From contig JBITNC010000001.1 in the NCBI GenBank assembly GCA_050084985.1, positions 158,038,001 through 158,102,000 on the forward strand: 64,000 nucleotides of DNA. The letters are read 5' to 3'. Under the pieces are notes generated by a model, which did not search any database, was not told the origin of the DNA, and saw nothing but the letters and a program-made list of their open reading frames with translations. Below are positions 26,129 through 38,921 of the stretch, in pieces; position 1 is the first letter of the stretch, and every line of letters starts with the position of its first letter. Made by a program: the position numbers and the translations under genes. Source of the stretch: Nageia nagi (taxonomy: Eukaryota > Plantae > Pinophyta).

Positions 26129-27655
26129 CATTGTTGGAAAACTTAGACTCTAAGAGTACTCAACAAGGCAAATTTTTGAGAGTACTCGATAACTCGGAGA
26201 TTACTCAACAACTTGGAGATTACTTGGCAAAAAAAACCTCGAACATTTAATGAAAAAAGCATACAAAAAAAACTATTTAAATATGAAATTAGAGACTTGC
26301 GAAGTCAATTTTCTATTAGAGTTAAATGAAATAACTACATTCATCATTTGAGATCATTAATGATCATAAAAAGTTCAAGAATGTAAACAATTAAGTAGTT
26401 CTAAACTGCTTTGTTCTTTCCCTTCAACCTCATATATGTCCTTGCAATGGGTGGTCCCCGTGGAAGTCACATCCTCATCCTCAACAAGATCCTCAAGTTC
26501 CATATTGATTGTAGTTGTTGCAATTGATGAACCATCTATTGCTTCCCTTTCAAATTGCTTGATTTCCTCTTCAATGAACATGAATTCCTCATCTTCAGCA
26601 ATCCAATATGCTACTAGATCCATAGAATCAAGGTCAATGGCATCATGCGACTTTATGCCCTCCACTTGTTTGATGTGAAGGTTTAGATTGTATTGGAAGA
26701 ACAAAAGGTCATTGAGGCACTACTGGCTCAACCTAATGCATTTCTTGGTGTGAATGCTTTCAAACAATGACATGTATCTCACAAGTAGGGCTTGTATCTC
26801 ACAAAGTGACCTAAGGGTCCACAATGCAAAGCTCTACATCCTGACCAGGTACCCTCACAAGATAGTATTTGAACCTATGAATACCACCCCTGTAAGTTTT
26901 CTTGCAGGAGTTACAATTAACTTGATTTGGAAGAAGGCTCTTCTTCCCATGCTTCCAAGCAGAATCCTTCCGTTGTAATGGAAATGAATGGCCCTCATTT
27001 TTGGCAGCCATCTGCCAAAAAAAAAAAGAAACAGTTGTTCAACATACTAATCATATTAAAACAAGATAATGCAAAAAAAAAGTTTTATTGAAAAAAAATC
27101 AAACCCTAACCTTAATTTTGTTAATACATGTACAATTTAAAAAAGAGAAAAAGCTTTTGAATCATGGGCAATGCTATAAATAAACAAAGGAAAAAAAGAA
27201 TTTCATGATGAAATTTGAAAAAAAAAAACTACGTCTTAAATTTCAGAGTGAAATTTGAAAAACTCTTGATTGAATCCCCAAATTGCTTGAAATCTATGGT
27301 GGAAACTTCAAAATATATGGTGAAATCCTCCAGATCGATGGAGAAACTTCAAATTTTCGAAACTCACATCTGTAAGGCAAAATGAAGAGCAGCAAGGAAC
27401 AAGTGAGCCAAATGACACCTTTTTCCCAGCTTAACCTCAAAAAAGGCTGACTGCTGCATTTTTTGCTGTGATTTTTCACAGTTTTTTTTCACTATTTTTG
27501 GCTTTGTTTTTGACATAGCTGGGTTATTCGACGGTTCTCATGAGTTTTTCCATGATTTTCTCTACCAAAATTGCTGGAAACTCCAATGTCAATTACTTGG
27601 TGTTTTTCTTCAAACTCGGTGATCTCTGCATTTTCTTGCAATTTTTCCATGACTG
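26129..27655 (-). mobile_element. Internally deleted hAT transposon (BED finger plus C-terminal dimerisation remnants)
   Basis: Imperfect TIRs CATTGTTGGAAAA / TTTTCCATGACTG. 8-bp TSD AACGCAAC / AACTCAAC (7/8). Minus ORF 26811-27011 KDSAWKHG..VNCNSCKKTYRGGIHRFKYYL is a BED zinc finger. ~26375-26770 FESIHTKKCIRLSQ*CLNDLLFFQYNLNL is the hAT dimerisation domain. Confidence 0.9.
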
Positions 27656-28686
27656 AACTCAACCATGCCACTCTCCAAAGGGCACTAGTAGATCATGTTG
27701 GCTTCTTCGGATTGATTGATGATTTTAATGTGTCCTGTACTCCTCGACACTCCAGCATAAAGATCCTAGTTTGCCTCATGCATTGCTTTCTTTTAGCTTT
27801 TTTTATTAGGAAAGGCTCCTTTGGGCTTCTAAAATTTGTTTTTTAAGCACGTATTATCTTATCCGAGTCCTATTGACCTACTTTGGTCATCAGTGGACAT
27901 TAATAACATTTTTTCTTTCTTAGAACATTTACTGCCACAGATAAAGCAGTCATGTTAAACAACTTCTGACTGACATTGGAGTTTCTGTGATTCCTTTAAA
28001 GTATTTTTGGCACATGTCATCTTTAGCATTGCTTTTATTGATTAGAATTGTTTTCTTCACAACAACGTACTGTGGTGCAAGCTCTGAAACAAGCTAGCCT
28101 GCTTATAGTACTACGACATAGGAGCCAAGACACAGCAATTAAACAATATAACTATAGCCACATTTAACATGTCGAAATCAGAAGAATACATATGCCAATA
28201 GTTTTTCTATAAACTCAAAAAATTGAGGATCAGAAAGGAACACAAAGTTCAAATGGCACCCAATGATATTTGATTGAGACAAACATGAAAGCCAAAGTTG
28301 ATGCAAAAATAGAAGGATAAAGCAGATGCAAAAACAGTAGAGAATTAGTATTAACAAAATGAACTATGTAGATAATCCAGAATCCATGCCAGGGCAGGCT
28401 ACACATGTAATTAAGATTAAAATATCGAGTAAAATATGGTAACTGTGGAATATAATGCAGATGGTATTGTAATACGATTATAGTCAAAGTAAAAATATGT
28501 CGAATGTTTGCATTAAACTCCAAATCTGTGTATTTGGTAATATGTTCTACAAAAATTATTTGCTAACGAGTTCAAAAAAAATTTTGTGACACTGTTCTAA
28601 GCCATTATTTCATTGATTCATTTCAGTAAGTCTGAATATCTCTTTTGAAATAATCTATTGTTATTATGTATGTCACACTTACGCAG

Positions 28687-28835
28687 GTCCACGAGTAACA
28701 GTCCCAAGGGCAATTAGGTGGGGCTTATGTGGGGCAGTTGCTGGGAGTAGTGGCACAGCTTTGCTTGTTCGCCTTTTCATGCCTGAATGTGAGCCGCAAA
28801 ATATAGCTGCATATGACAAACCTGCGTCTAAATGA
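28687..28835 (+). CDS. Coding exon 2 of the same protein
   Basis: Acceptor ttacgcAG at 28685-28686. The phase-1 join gives GGT (Gly), then PRVTVPRAIRWGLCGAVAGSSGTALLVRLFMPECEPQNIAAYDKPASK and TGA at 28833-28835. 148+149 nt = 99 codons with no internal stop. Confidence 0.88.
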
Positions 28836-29111
28836 TGCTAACAATTCAATGTTGCTATGCTAGTTTTACTTGACATAAATAAATTCAAAAAATTCCTTGT
28901 GCGATTAATCGTAAATGCATAATCTACCTGAACGTAAGGATATGACCATTTATAAGACGATGCTTTATGATAACTATATTAATAGCTTGTTTTTTTGAAC
29001 CCACAATTATCCATTATTAATAATTAAGAAAGTTTGTTTTATGAGGTTTTGACTTTTCTAGAAAGGAGATATTCAAATAAAATATCGTTGTTTGTGTATA
29101 TGTTCTTCGAA

Positions 29112-29115
<4 letters not shown>

Positions 29116-29146
<31 letters not shown>
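29116..29146. repeat. (TA)n microsatellite just downstream of the host gene
   Basis: Direct reading. Confidence 0.95.
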
Positions 29147-29149
<3 letters not shown>

Positions 29150-32100
29150 AATGTTCTTTCATAAAGGGTATTTTTAAGTTTAGAGTTGGATTGAGGGGTA
29201 TTCACGTCATTAAAATTCATCGGAGGTACAATATTTGCTTCATTCGCATCTACCATAACTCAATAGGATTTTTGGAATGTTTCAACAAGTAGAGGCAGAG
29301 AGTATTGAACTTAGGTCTCGCGTATTTGAGAGCTTTTGAACTACCCACCTCATATTCAAGAGCTTTAAACTACTCACCTCTTCAATTCTTTTATTTGTCA
29401 ATTCATCAAAGGCGATATTTTCTCTTTTCTTTTGAAATTAGTTATTTCAATCAAATAATTGCATTAAGGTAAATTAACTTCAATTTTCAATCAGTTTTCA
29501 TTTTTTAAAAATGATTATGAAACCATCATTTCCATAATGCAATAAAAAACTTCCATAACTTTTTAAGGGTTAAAATACATTTTTCATTTTAAAACATACA
29601 AAGCAATATGGTAAATATATTATTACTAATCATCTAAAAGTTCTAGATATAAACCAATACATTAATACTACTAACAATAGTATTAAATCATGATTAAATG
29701 CATTACCTTTAAAATTGTTCTTAAAAATATTCACCATATAAAATATTTAAGAGAAAAAATAGAATATTAAATTATTTATTTAATATTTTCCTAAGCTTAA
29801 TACTAAGTATAATTCATTCTTTTAGTAAACAAGAATAATAATTAATATCACTCTTTTACTTTTAAAAGAAATAAAATAATTAATTAAAATCCCAAAATCA
29901 AATATCATAATAATAATAGTAAAAATACATTCAATCAATTCTATTTTTACTTTATTATTATTCAATTTTTCTATTTACAATTATGTAAATTCAAATATAA
30001 AAAATCCTTGACTCTAAAAGATTATTATGAGTTATTATATAAAACTCAATTAATTTTTTCAAGATAGCATTTCCTTATGAAACAAACATTATCTAAAAGT
30101 GCTAATAACTTCATTAATACATTTCAAATAGAATATTAATATACTAATATTAAGACTTTATTTCTATAAAATCAATTATTGTAAATTATTAGTCATAATT
30201 TGAAATTGATTAATTACTATTATGAAAGCAATAATCATAGTAAAATAATAAAAAGAGCCAAACATTATTGAAAATACAAAACAAACAAATTTTATATTTA
30301 AAATGCTCAAAGGAGCTCCAAGAGGAACGACTCAAAACACAATACACGAATAAAACAAACATTGAATGACATGACAACCAATATCAAAATAACCAAAAAG
30401 CAAGTTTACCCAACAAAATAAAATTTGCAACAACATGGCAACCAATGCCTTGGACATAGCAATAACATCATTAAAATTTCATAAAATAAATTACAAAAGA
30501 AAGCATCATTCAAGTTGTTCAATATTTCCTACACACATGCCAGTAACTAGATTCCTTGTTATTAAGTTGACAACATATTCGTTATTGTTGAGTCAATAAC
30601 AAATTCCCTGTTACAGCCAAGTTTTAGGCTTTTCCATGGCTACCACAAAGCATCACACCATGTAGGAGGAAGACTTAAGTATTTAATCGCCTAGGAGGAA
30701 TGGAATTCTTGCAAGGAGGACACGGTAGAGGAGAAGATTCATTGTAGAGCCATAAACTATTGGAAGTTTGATATATGATGCCATTTCATTCACCTATTTT
30801 GTCATCTCTTTCTTGAAAAAAAAATTATTATTTATTGCATATTTTATATGATAAATAGAGTAATTATTTGTATGAGAACTCTCTCCTTTGTGGGCAAATG
30901 CTTGTAACTATTTTTGAGATTTCTAAGTTCAAAATAATCAATGAATCACTTGTAAATATTACCCAAACCATAGGATGATAATCTTGGTTATTATTCTAAA
31001 TATGGATTTCATTTTATACACTTATATCTCAAAACTCCTAACCTTATTTTGGGCTTTATTGATTCAACTTTGTAGATTAAAAAAATATTATGTAACTTAT
31101 AAAAAAATAAAGTTATGGGTTAAGGGCAAACCAAGTCATGAGGTTAACTTGCCTTTTGTATTGCGATTTGGAAACCTATATATGGAATTGTTCCATGATG
31201 TTGGTAACTAGGGATGTGATATGCTTACCAATTTAATATTTTGTGCTCTCATTTAGTTGTACTTTGGGTTTTTGAAACCTAAACTAGAATTTACATGATT
31301 ATCTTAACAAAGGTAAAGGTAAATATTATTAACATCCATTAGAGACCAACTGATCTATGGGACAAACAACTTCCAGTAAGTTATTACATAGCATGTACAT
31401 CTCGTACTGGGAATGGAACATGGGACACAGGTCGTAGCAAGGTCAACACATGACCAACTCAACACCAAAATGGTGTAACCTCTTGTGAATCCTATCTTTT
31501 TTTTAAGTGTAGTTTCCAGGTAAGAGAGCCTAATAGATGTTTGAGTAAAATCATAGGTTTGGAGTAGCCGTAAGAACAAATACTCCTTTGGCTTATAGCA
31601 ATATCCCTTGCATGGATTCTACTTACCATTAAATGGCACACAAAAAGGATATGTGTTTGTAAATTTAAGTATTTCTGATCATGGGCAAGAATTTTTATAT
31701 GGTTAATTCATTTGCTTGCAACATAAATAAAGACACTCACACATAACTTATGAGATGAATTATTTTTTGTATAAAGTAATAGTTGCTATAATTATGTTAT
31801 GAACATAAACGAGAATGAAATAGTTCATAATTTTAATGTATTGCAATAGAAAAACCAAAAATATGATTTGACATATGATAAGATGATGATAGCTTATTAC
31901 ACACATTATAATGTTTAGATTATGTAGATGTCATTTGGTTATGGTGATATCATTTGTGCATTGTAGCTTTTGGAAGCATTTTATCAATCAAATTTAATTT
32001 AAATTCTTATGAGTTACTTTATTTCATTTCTTTGAAGTTATTTATCAATCTAAACTACTATTTTTATGTCAAGAAAAAAAAGGGCATTTAAATTAAAGGG

Positions 32101-32159
32101 TTTTTTTATGCAAGTACCTAAAACCTATTACTATAAATTTGCAATAGTTTTGTCAACAT

Positions 32160-33270
32160 CCTACCATAGTTTTAGGATATTCTCTCTAAATACTACTTAG
32201 TGTCCCAAGAGAATGTTGGGCATCAATTTATTACCTATTTCACTCTATTGAAGAGCTTTCTTTCTTGAATGAGTGTGCTACCAAAATGATAATGTCTAGA
32301 ACAATAGACTTATAGTTATCTTGTTTCTTTCCTAGTTTAAGGAGAAACCCTCTCCTAAAACCATATAGTGTTGATTTTTATCTAATAACCTCCTTGGCAA
32401 TTTCATTCATCTTTTTTTATCCACTTTGTGTTATCTAAAAATCAGTTTTTAGGAATTATGTTTCTTTCACCATCAATTCTTCTGAGTATGAATGACTCTT
32501 TGAGGACATATTTTGTTGTGTTAGTGATATCTTTTTGAATGCCACTTGTTTCCAACCTTCATTCTTAGGCATTTTCCTTTTCTACATTTGCATCTTTGGT
32601 TCGTGTGGTTGTTCATATTATTTCATATGAGCCTCACTTTCTACTATTTACTCCATTGGAGTAGGTTCACAAGGGCACTATCTTTCATTTTTATAGTAGC
32701 CCTTTCCCTTTCCCTATTGCTATTATTATATTCATCCATTTTAGATGTGTTGTGACCTTATCTATTATTGGATATGATCTCCTTTGCTTCTTGTTCTGGT
32801 TATCCATGTCTTATTTGAAGTCTACTCATCCTATCAATTTTTTGGTTGCCATTCTTTTTTAGCAGGGCATGAACTAATATTATTCCCTACCTGAGTACAT
32901 ATTGAGCATAACCAATTGTTCTCTTCAAATCATAGCTCTTGAACCCACTCACCTAAATCTGATTCAAGTGTTATTATATTTGGTAACCTAACCCTGAATT
33001 CAACCACAACATAGAATCTTACCACTATAAGTCTTGTCTTGGCCTTTGTGACCTCATCAACTATAATTAATTTATTGAAGGACACTAAAATTCCTTTAAA
33101 TATTTTCTAGTAGAACTCAAAGGGGAGGTGCAAAAGGGTAAACCAAACTAGAGCATTCATTATCTTAGCCTTGGTCAAATTGAAACCCAATTGTTAATTC
33201 TCTAAGAATAATTCTCTCTTTGCATAAAACCAAGGTAAACTCATAATATGTTACTAATTTCTTATTATCA
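32160..33270 (-). mobile_element. Degenerate LINE ORF2 remnant (endonuclease region)
   Basis: Minus strand KTWITRTRSKGDHIQ**IR (~32755-32815) resembles the TWxNxR...RLDR endonuclease motif. DNYKSIVL (~32295-32320) resembles the D(F/Y)RPISL motif before RT. Confidence 0.45.
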
Positions 33271-33369
33271 TTTGTTCATGAGATATAAATACAATAATCA
33301 TAATTGATGTATTTGCATTAAACAAATTTTCAAGGGTTCATGAACTGATTATCACTTATTTATTTTTCA

Positions 33370-36300
33370 ATAATTTCAAGTGTTGGAGACTATTGTGATT
33401 ATCTAGTATACAATAAGAGTGAAGTAGGAACATTGTAAGTGTTAGGGTTTCATAGAGGATTAGAACAGGAAGATCAGTTCCTCCAATAGTTAAGAGGAAG
33501 GCTTAACCTCTCTTTATCTGGGAGGAGCACAAACAACATTCATCTAAATGATTGTGAAATCATATTCTCAAGGTTGCATGTGAATGTTAAAGAGATATTT
33601 GAGGCACCATATAGCTTAGAAAGGTGATAGCTAATATGCTAAATTTCTATAGTAATGGTGGATAGGGATACATTGATCGCTAAGAGGGAAGATTGGGGGT
33701 AAAGTAAAAAGTATCTAGCAATGATATCTAAATAAATGAGAGTGTTCTGTGAGGATTAGGATCAACCATGATGTGAAGTTGATACATTAAGTATGATAGT
33801 GGTAAGAGTCAATGCACAAAGTCGATAAATCAAGCAAATGATTCATAAAATTGATGAAATCTGTAATGTAATTATGGGTATATGTGATGATCTTAAAGGA
33901 TATTGATAAGAAATAGATTACTTATGAGAAAGAGGAAACCCGTCTCTAGCAAATGTTTGATGAGATGTTATGTATATCTATGGAAAATAGCAATCTTGCT
34001 ACTTAATGATTTATTTGACATTTATATTGATCATCATGTAATGTTTTGTATTCATCTTCTAATTATTATTCTTTGTTTTAGTTTTGAAGAGAAGGAAGTC
34101 AACATAATGGTGATGACTTTGATATAATAGAACGGTTGGCACGTGGTACAAGTCAAGTTGCCACCAAATTTTTATGTTATTTGATCAATAATTATACATT
34201 TAATATCAAATACATATATGAATAAAGAAAAAATCAAAACAATGACATATATGTCAATGCAATTATCAGGTGTAGATCAAGCGTAAAAGACACAAATGTG
34301 GTGCTTGAAACAATTACATATTATGGTATTATTAGGGAAATAATTATGTTAAATTACTATCAATTTCAACACACCCTATTCAAATGCGACTGGATCAATC
34401 TTCTTGACAAGAAGAGTGGATATAAAAATGGTGAAATGGGCTTCGCAATGGTCAACATAAGCAAATTACAACATGAGGATAGATAAGAAGATGATCCATT
34501 TAGTCTAGCATTGCAATCCAAATATGTGTTTAATGTATGGGATTTAGAATAACCCAGCTTGTATGTGGATCTTATATCACATCCAAGAGGGATAAGAGAT
34601 ATTGAAGGGTACAAGTTAGATTATACCAATATCCTTGGAGAAATAGATTTTATTGAACTTGAAATTGCATAAGATGATAATGCAAATGATGGTAACATTT
34701 AATATGTTCATGGTGATATTGATGGTACATATTTGTGAGCATGATCTTATAGCTTGATTGGAAGCTTAATATATTTTATATATTTAAATAATAAAATTAT
34801 ACATCCATTTTTTGTAACATGTTTAAATGCATTGGTTGTTGGTAATTCTACTATGTATTACATGTTCATTCTTTATTTCTACAATAGATTAATATAATTA
34901 AATAGTAAATTCGGGAGTTAATTTTAGACCATATGGTTTACTTAGATCATTTCATATCTCTATTTAAATAATTTCATATCACATGGTCTATTTAGATATT
35001 TCAGTGGGGGGTTTGAATTTCTTGGAGCTTTCAAATAGTAAATTTGATGTTGTTATCTCTCATGAGATTTCAAAGATACTTAGATCATTTCGTATCATGT
35101 AATGTATTTAGATAATTTCATATCATATGGTATAGTTGAATCATTTTAGAACATATGGTATAGTTGCATCATTTCATAATATATATTATGTTCTATAGTT
35201 ATAATATTGCTCAAATGATTCAAATATGATCTACAATTTCAACATAAGATGCAACACTTGGGAACCATATATTTTTACTATGTTTGTCTAAGTTTTATAA
35301 GAATGTTTTTACCAACTTAACACTTTTGGATTGGTATAGTTGCATCATTTCAAAACATAGGGTGGATGAGGCCAACTTATGACTTTTGTTCTAATTGTAC
35401 AATGTTCTATTACTGGCACTCTTCAAAAACATGCTTGAGGACCATAAAAATATTCAAATATTCCCTTTTGAATATATGCACAATCCTCAAGCATAGTATG
35501 AAAATATTTAAGTATCCCACTTTTGGATTGGTACAATTGCATCATTTCAAAACATAGGGTGAATGAGGCCAACTTATCACTTTTTGTCATATCATCTTTT
35601 GGGCCTTGTTTTTGGACATGAAGATTATGCTCTACAGTTTCAATTATACTTAAATTATTCAAATATGGTTTATAGTTTCAACATAAGATGCAGAACTTGA
35701 GAACCACATGTTTTTTCTATGTTTAACTCAATATTACAAAAATAGTTTTGCAAACTTACTTGCCACTTCTAGATTAATACAATTGCATCATTTCAAAGCA
35801 TAGGGTGGATGAGGCCAACTTATCACTTTTGGACCCTATTTTTGGACATGAAGATTATGCTCTATAGTTTTAATTATGCTCAGCTGATGCAAAAATGGTC
35901 TATAGTTTCAACATAAGATATAGCACTTGGGAACCATATGTTTTTTCTAAAGAAATGGCTAAGTATTACAAGCATGTTTTTTCTGACCTACCACTTTTGT
36001 ACTAGTACAGTTGCATCATTTTAGAATATTGGATGGATGAATCCAAATTATCACTTTTCGTCACATCAACTTTTGGGCCCTATTTTTGGACATGAATACT
36101 GTGCTCTATAATTTCAATGTTGCTCAAATAATTTAAATATGGTCTATTATTTCAACATAAGATGCAACACTTGGGAATCACATTTTTTTTTTTATATTTG
36201 GCTAAGTATTACAAGCATATTTTTCTAACTCATCACTTATAGATTATTATAGTTGCATCATTTCAAAACACAGGGTGGATGAATCCAACTTATCACTTTT

Positions 36301-37702
36301 GGTCACATCAACTTTTGGGCCCTATTTTTGGACATGAAGATTATGCTCTACAACTTCAATTATGCTCAAATTTTTAAATATGGTCTATAGTTTCAATATA
36401 ATATTTAGCACTTGGGAACCACATATTTTTTCTATTTTTGACTAAGTATTATAAACACATTTTTATCATTGTGCTACTTCTAGACTAGTACAATTGCATC
36501 ATTTCATAAAATAGGGTGGATGAGGCTAAATTATTAATTTTTGATCTAATCGTACAAGCATGAAAAAGAAAATTTATCACTTTTTGATAGTCTTGTTACA
36601 ACAATCATATCAATAATTACATAAATGTACTCAAATGATTCAATATATGTTCTATAATTTTAGTTATGTTCAAATGATTCAAATATGGTCTACAATTTCA
36701 ATATTGAGTAACAAGACTAGAGTTTGTAAATGAACAACTAGAAATTGCATCTCAGCATCAAAGAGATTTATGAAAGAGTTGCTATAGAAATATTGAGTGA
36801 GTGTAGTTACTGATATCATGGTTATGCTTAGGTATATCATATTTTTCTAAGTTTTACCTTTTTTGCATGGGATGATTCCTTTTTTTTCCATCTTTTCTTT
36901 CAATAGTACATAGTATGGTATAAAGAATACGTATCATGATGAATTATACTCTATTAGATTTTAGACAATACCATTGTTCTAGTTATGAATGGTTACATGG
37001 AATTAGACATGAGTATGCATACTTGAAAACCTCAATTGCTTCATTTCCTATAGATAAAGCAACCTTTTATTGAGCACTCTTTGCACTTGAACTTGTTGGA
37101 TCATTTCATATCATTTGTTAGTGCATTTAGATAATTTTTTATGGTGCTTTTAGGATCATATCATATCTATAAACTAGGTCATTATTAACATGTGATTAGG
37201 TTTTCCTTTACGTATTGCCATTCCTTGTACTAGGATGAGTAAGGATTAAATGGTGATTAGTCAGTTCCATTGGGCCATCATTTAGGAACCCATGGCCAAC
37301 ACTATGATTGAGTTTCATGTTGATTCTCAGTAACCAAGGATGGCATATTCTAGAAGCATTCTTCCACATGGTGGAAGAACGCTTCAATATTATACATATG
37401 TTTTTAAAACAATAATGATTTGGTGGCAAGCATAACCCACACCCTTAAATTCTAAGGTGGTGGGTACTACTTTTCCCCTTAAAGTATAAGGTTATAGGTA
37501 CAAACTATCACCTTAAATAACTAGAGAATGGTTTAAGGGAGTTTAGGAAATGATAAATTTGACTTTATGTTGGTGGGTTCAACTACCCACTATAGAGTTG
37601 AGACTTTTAGTGGTACCCTCAATATTTACAATCATTATAACACCACTAAAGTTGTTTAGTGGGGGTTTTGAGCCATCACCAAAGGTATTTTTTGGTATAG
37701 TG
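33370..37702 (+). mobile_element. Decayed CACTA (En/Spm) transposon, 3' part
   Basis: 34298-34610 reads YYGIIREIIMLNYYQFQHTLFKCDW...GFAMVN...DDPFSLALQSKYVF, the TnpD C-terminal DUF4216 region. Internal tandem array. Subterminal ACCACTAAA/TTTAGTGG repeats and a probable right end ...GGTATAGTG at 37702. Confidence 0.7.
35190..36530 (+). repeat. Tandem array, ~6 units of ~200-250 bp, inside the CACTA element
   Basis: The motif gcatcatttcaaaacatagggtggatgaggccaactt recurs near 35342, 35539, 35786, 36013, 36255 and 36496. Confidence 0.85.
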
Positions 37703-38904
37703 TTCAAAAAACCCATTTTATACATATGGATAAATTTCCCTATCCCTACATTCTCTAGGGCCTTTTCCAAAAAACCCATGGTGGCACATGCTCGAATTGG
37801 TTCACAACCCTCACAACAATATACCTTGTAATAATATTAGAGTTAAACTTGGTTTCAATATTGAATTCATTATATACTTAGGGATTTTTTACAACTCTAA
37901 CAATGGTTGCAAGGGGATTATTTAACAACTCAAATACCTTTTTAGGAAATCCATTTTGTGCATATGCACAAATTCCCCTATTCCCACATTCTTATTTGAT
38001 TTATAAGCACCTTATAGACACCCAAAAATAGCCTTTGTTCAAAAATTGAATGGAAAGGGACCAAAATTAACATTTTTTATAAAAGTTATACTAAATGACT
38101 AATTGCTAACAATTTACCCTAGTTTTTGATAGCTCAAACCAATCACAAACATCCTCTACCCAATCACCAATGACTCGATACTTAGGCCAAAAATAGAAAT
38201 GCACTTGAACTGATTTGTTCCAAAATAATATTTTATCATGAGTGAGTTATTGTTGGTTTGGTAGTTGTGTGAATAGAATCATGGCTATTTTGGACTTGGA
38301 TGAGCTTTTGAGTCAGGTTGTTAGCCCCTAAATTTAAAAATTAAATAAACTCAAAAAGTTATAAATTAAACCTTCATTAATGAATAAAGTGACCCAAATT
38401 GAAGTAAAATTACTCTACATGATTTCATTTAGAACTTTTGAGAGTTAACTACTTATGTTATATACTTGTTCATGTATTTTGATTCAATGTATGATGATTT
38501 TTATGTGAATAGGTACATTTGATATGTTATTTTGGCATGTGTGCAAGTTCCACGGGTGGTAAAGTAGAGAGTGTTGAAGGAAAATTGCATCAAGAACCAG
38601 TAAATATCAAGAACTAAAGTCAAAAGAAATAAGAAGATAAAATCCATCAAAATCAAGCTCCAACATAAAAAATGTCAATAATTGAAACCATATGCAAGTG
38701 ACTACATCTTGATCATTGATGACTCTCTTAAATCCCAAGGAGGCTCAAAAACATAATTTTGTAAAATCCGTTCAAGAAAGGCTATACATTTAGAGATTTG
38801 TTTTGCAACATTTGAGGTCACTCAATAGAGTAATAAAATACATATTAGTATTTAATGTGTATTTATCTTATTTGCTAACAAGTTACTTTTTTGGGTCAAC
38901 ATTT

Positions 38905-38921
38905 TGGTGTTAGAAGGAGGG
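38905..38921 (+). promoter_or_regulatory. Primer-binding site complementary to plant tRNA-Asn
   Basis: TGGTGTTAGAAGGAGGG versus TGGCGCTAGAAGGAGGG, the complement of the plant tRNA-Asn 3' end CCCTCCTTCTAGCG-CCA (recalled). Two C>T changes. Confidence 0.7.

Larger units (their letters stand above)
1951..28686 (+). other. 26,736-bp GT-AG intron packed with transposable elements
   Basis: Defined by the in-frame splice junction of the two exons above. Confidence 0.85.

Noticed and set aside
35190-36530. CRISPR-like repeat-spacer array
   Set aside because: Eukaryotic context, whole ~240-bp units are similar (no unique spacers), and there are no cas genes.
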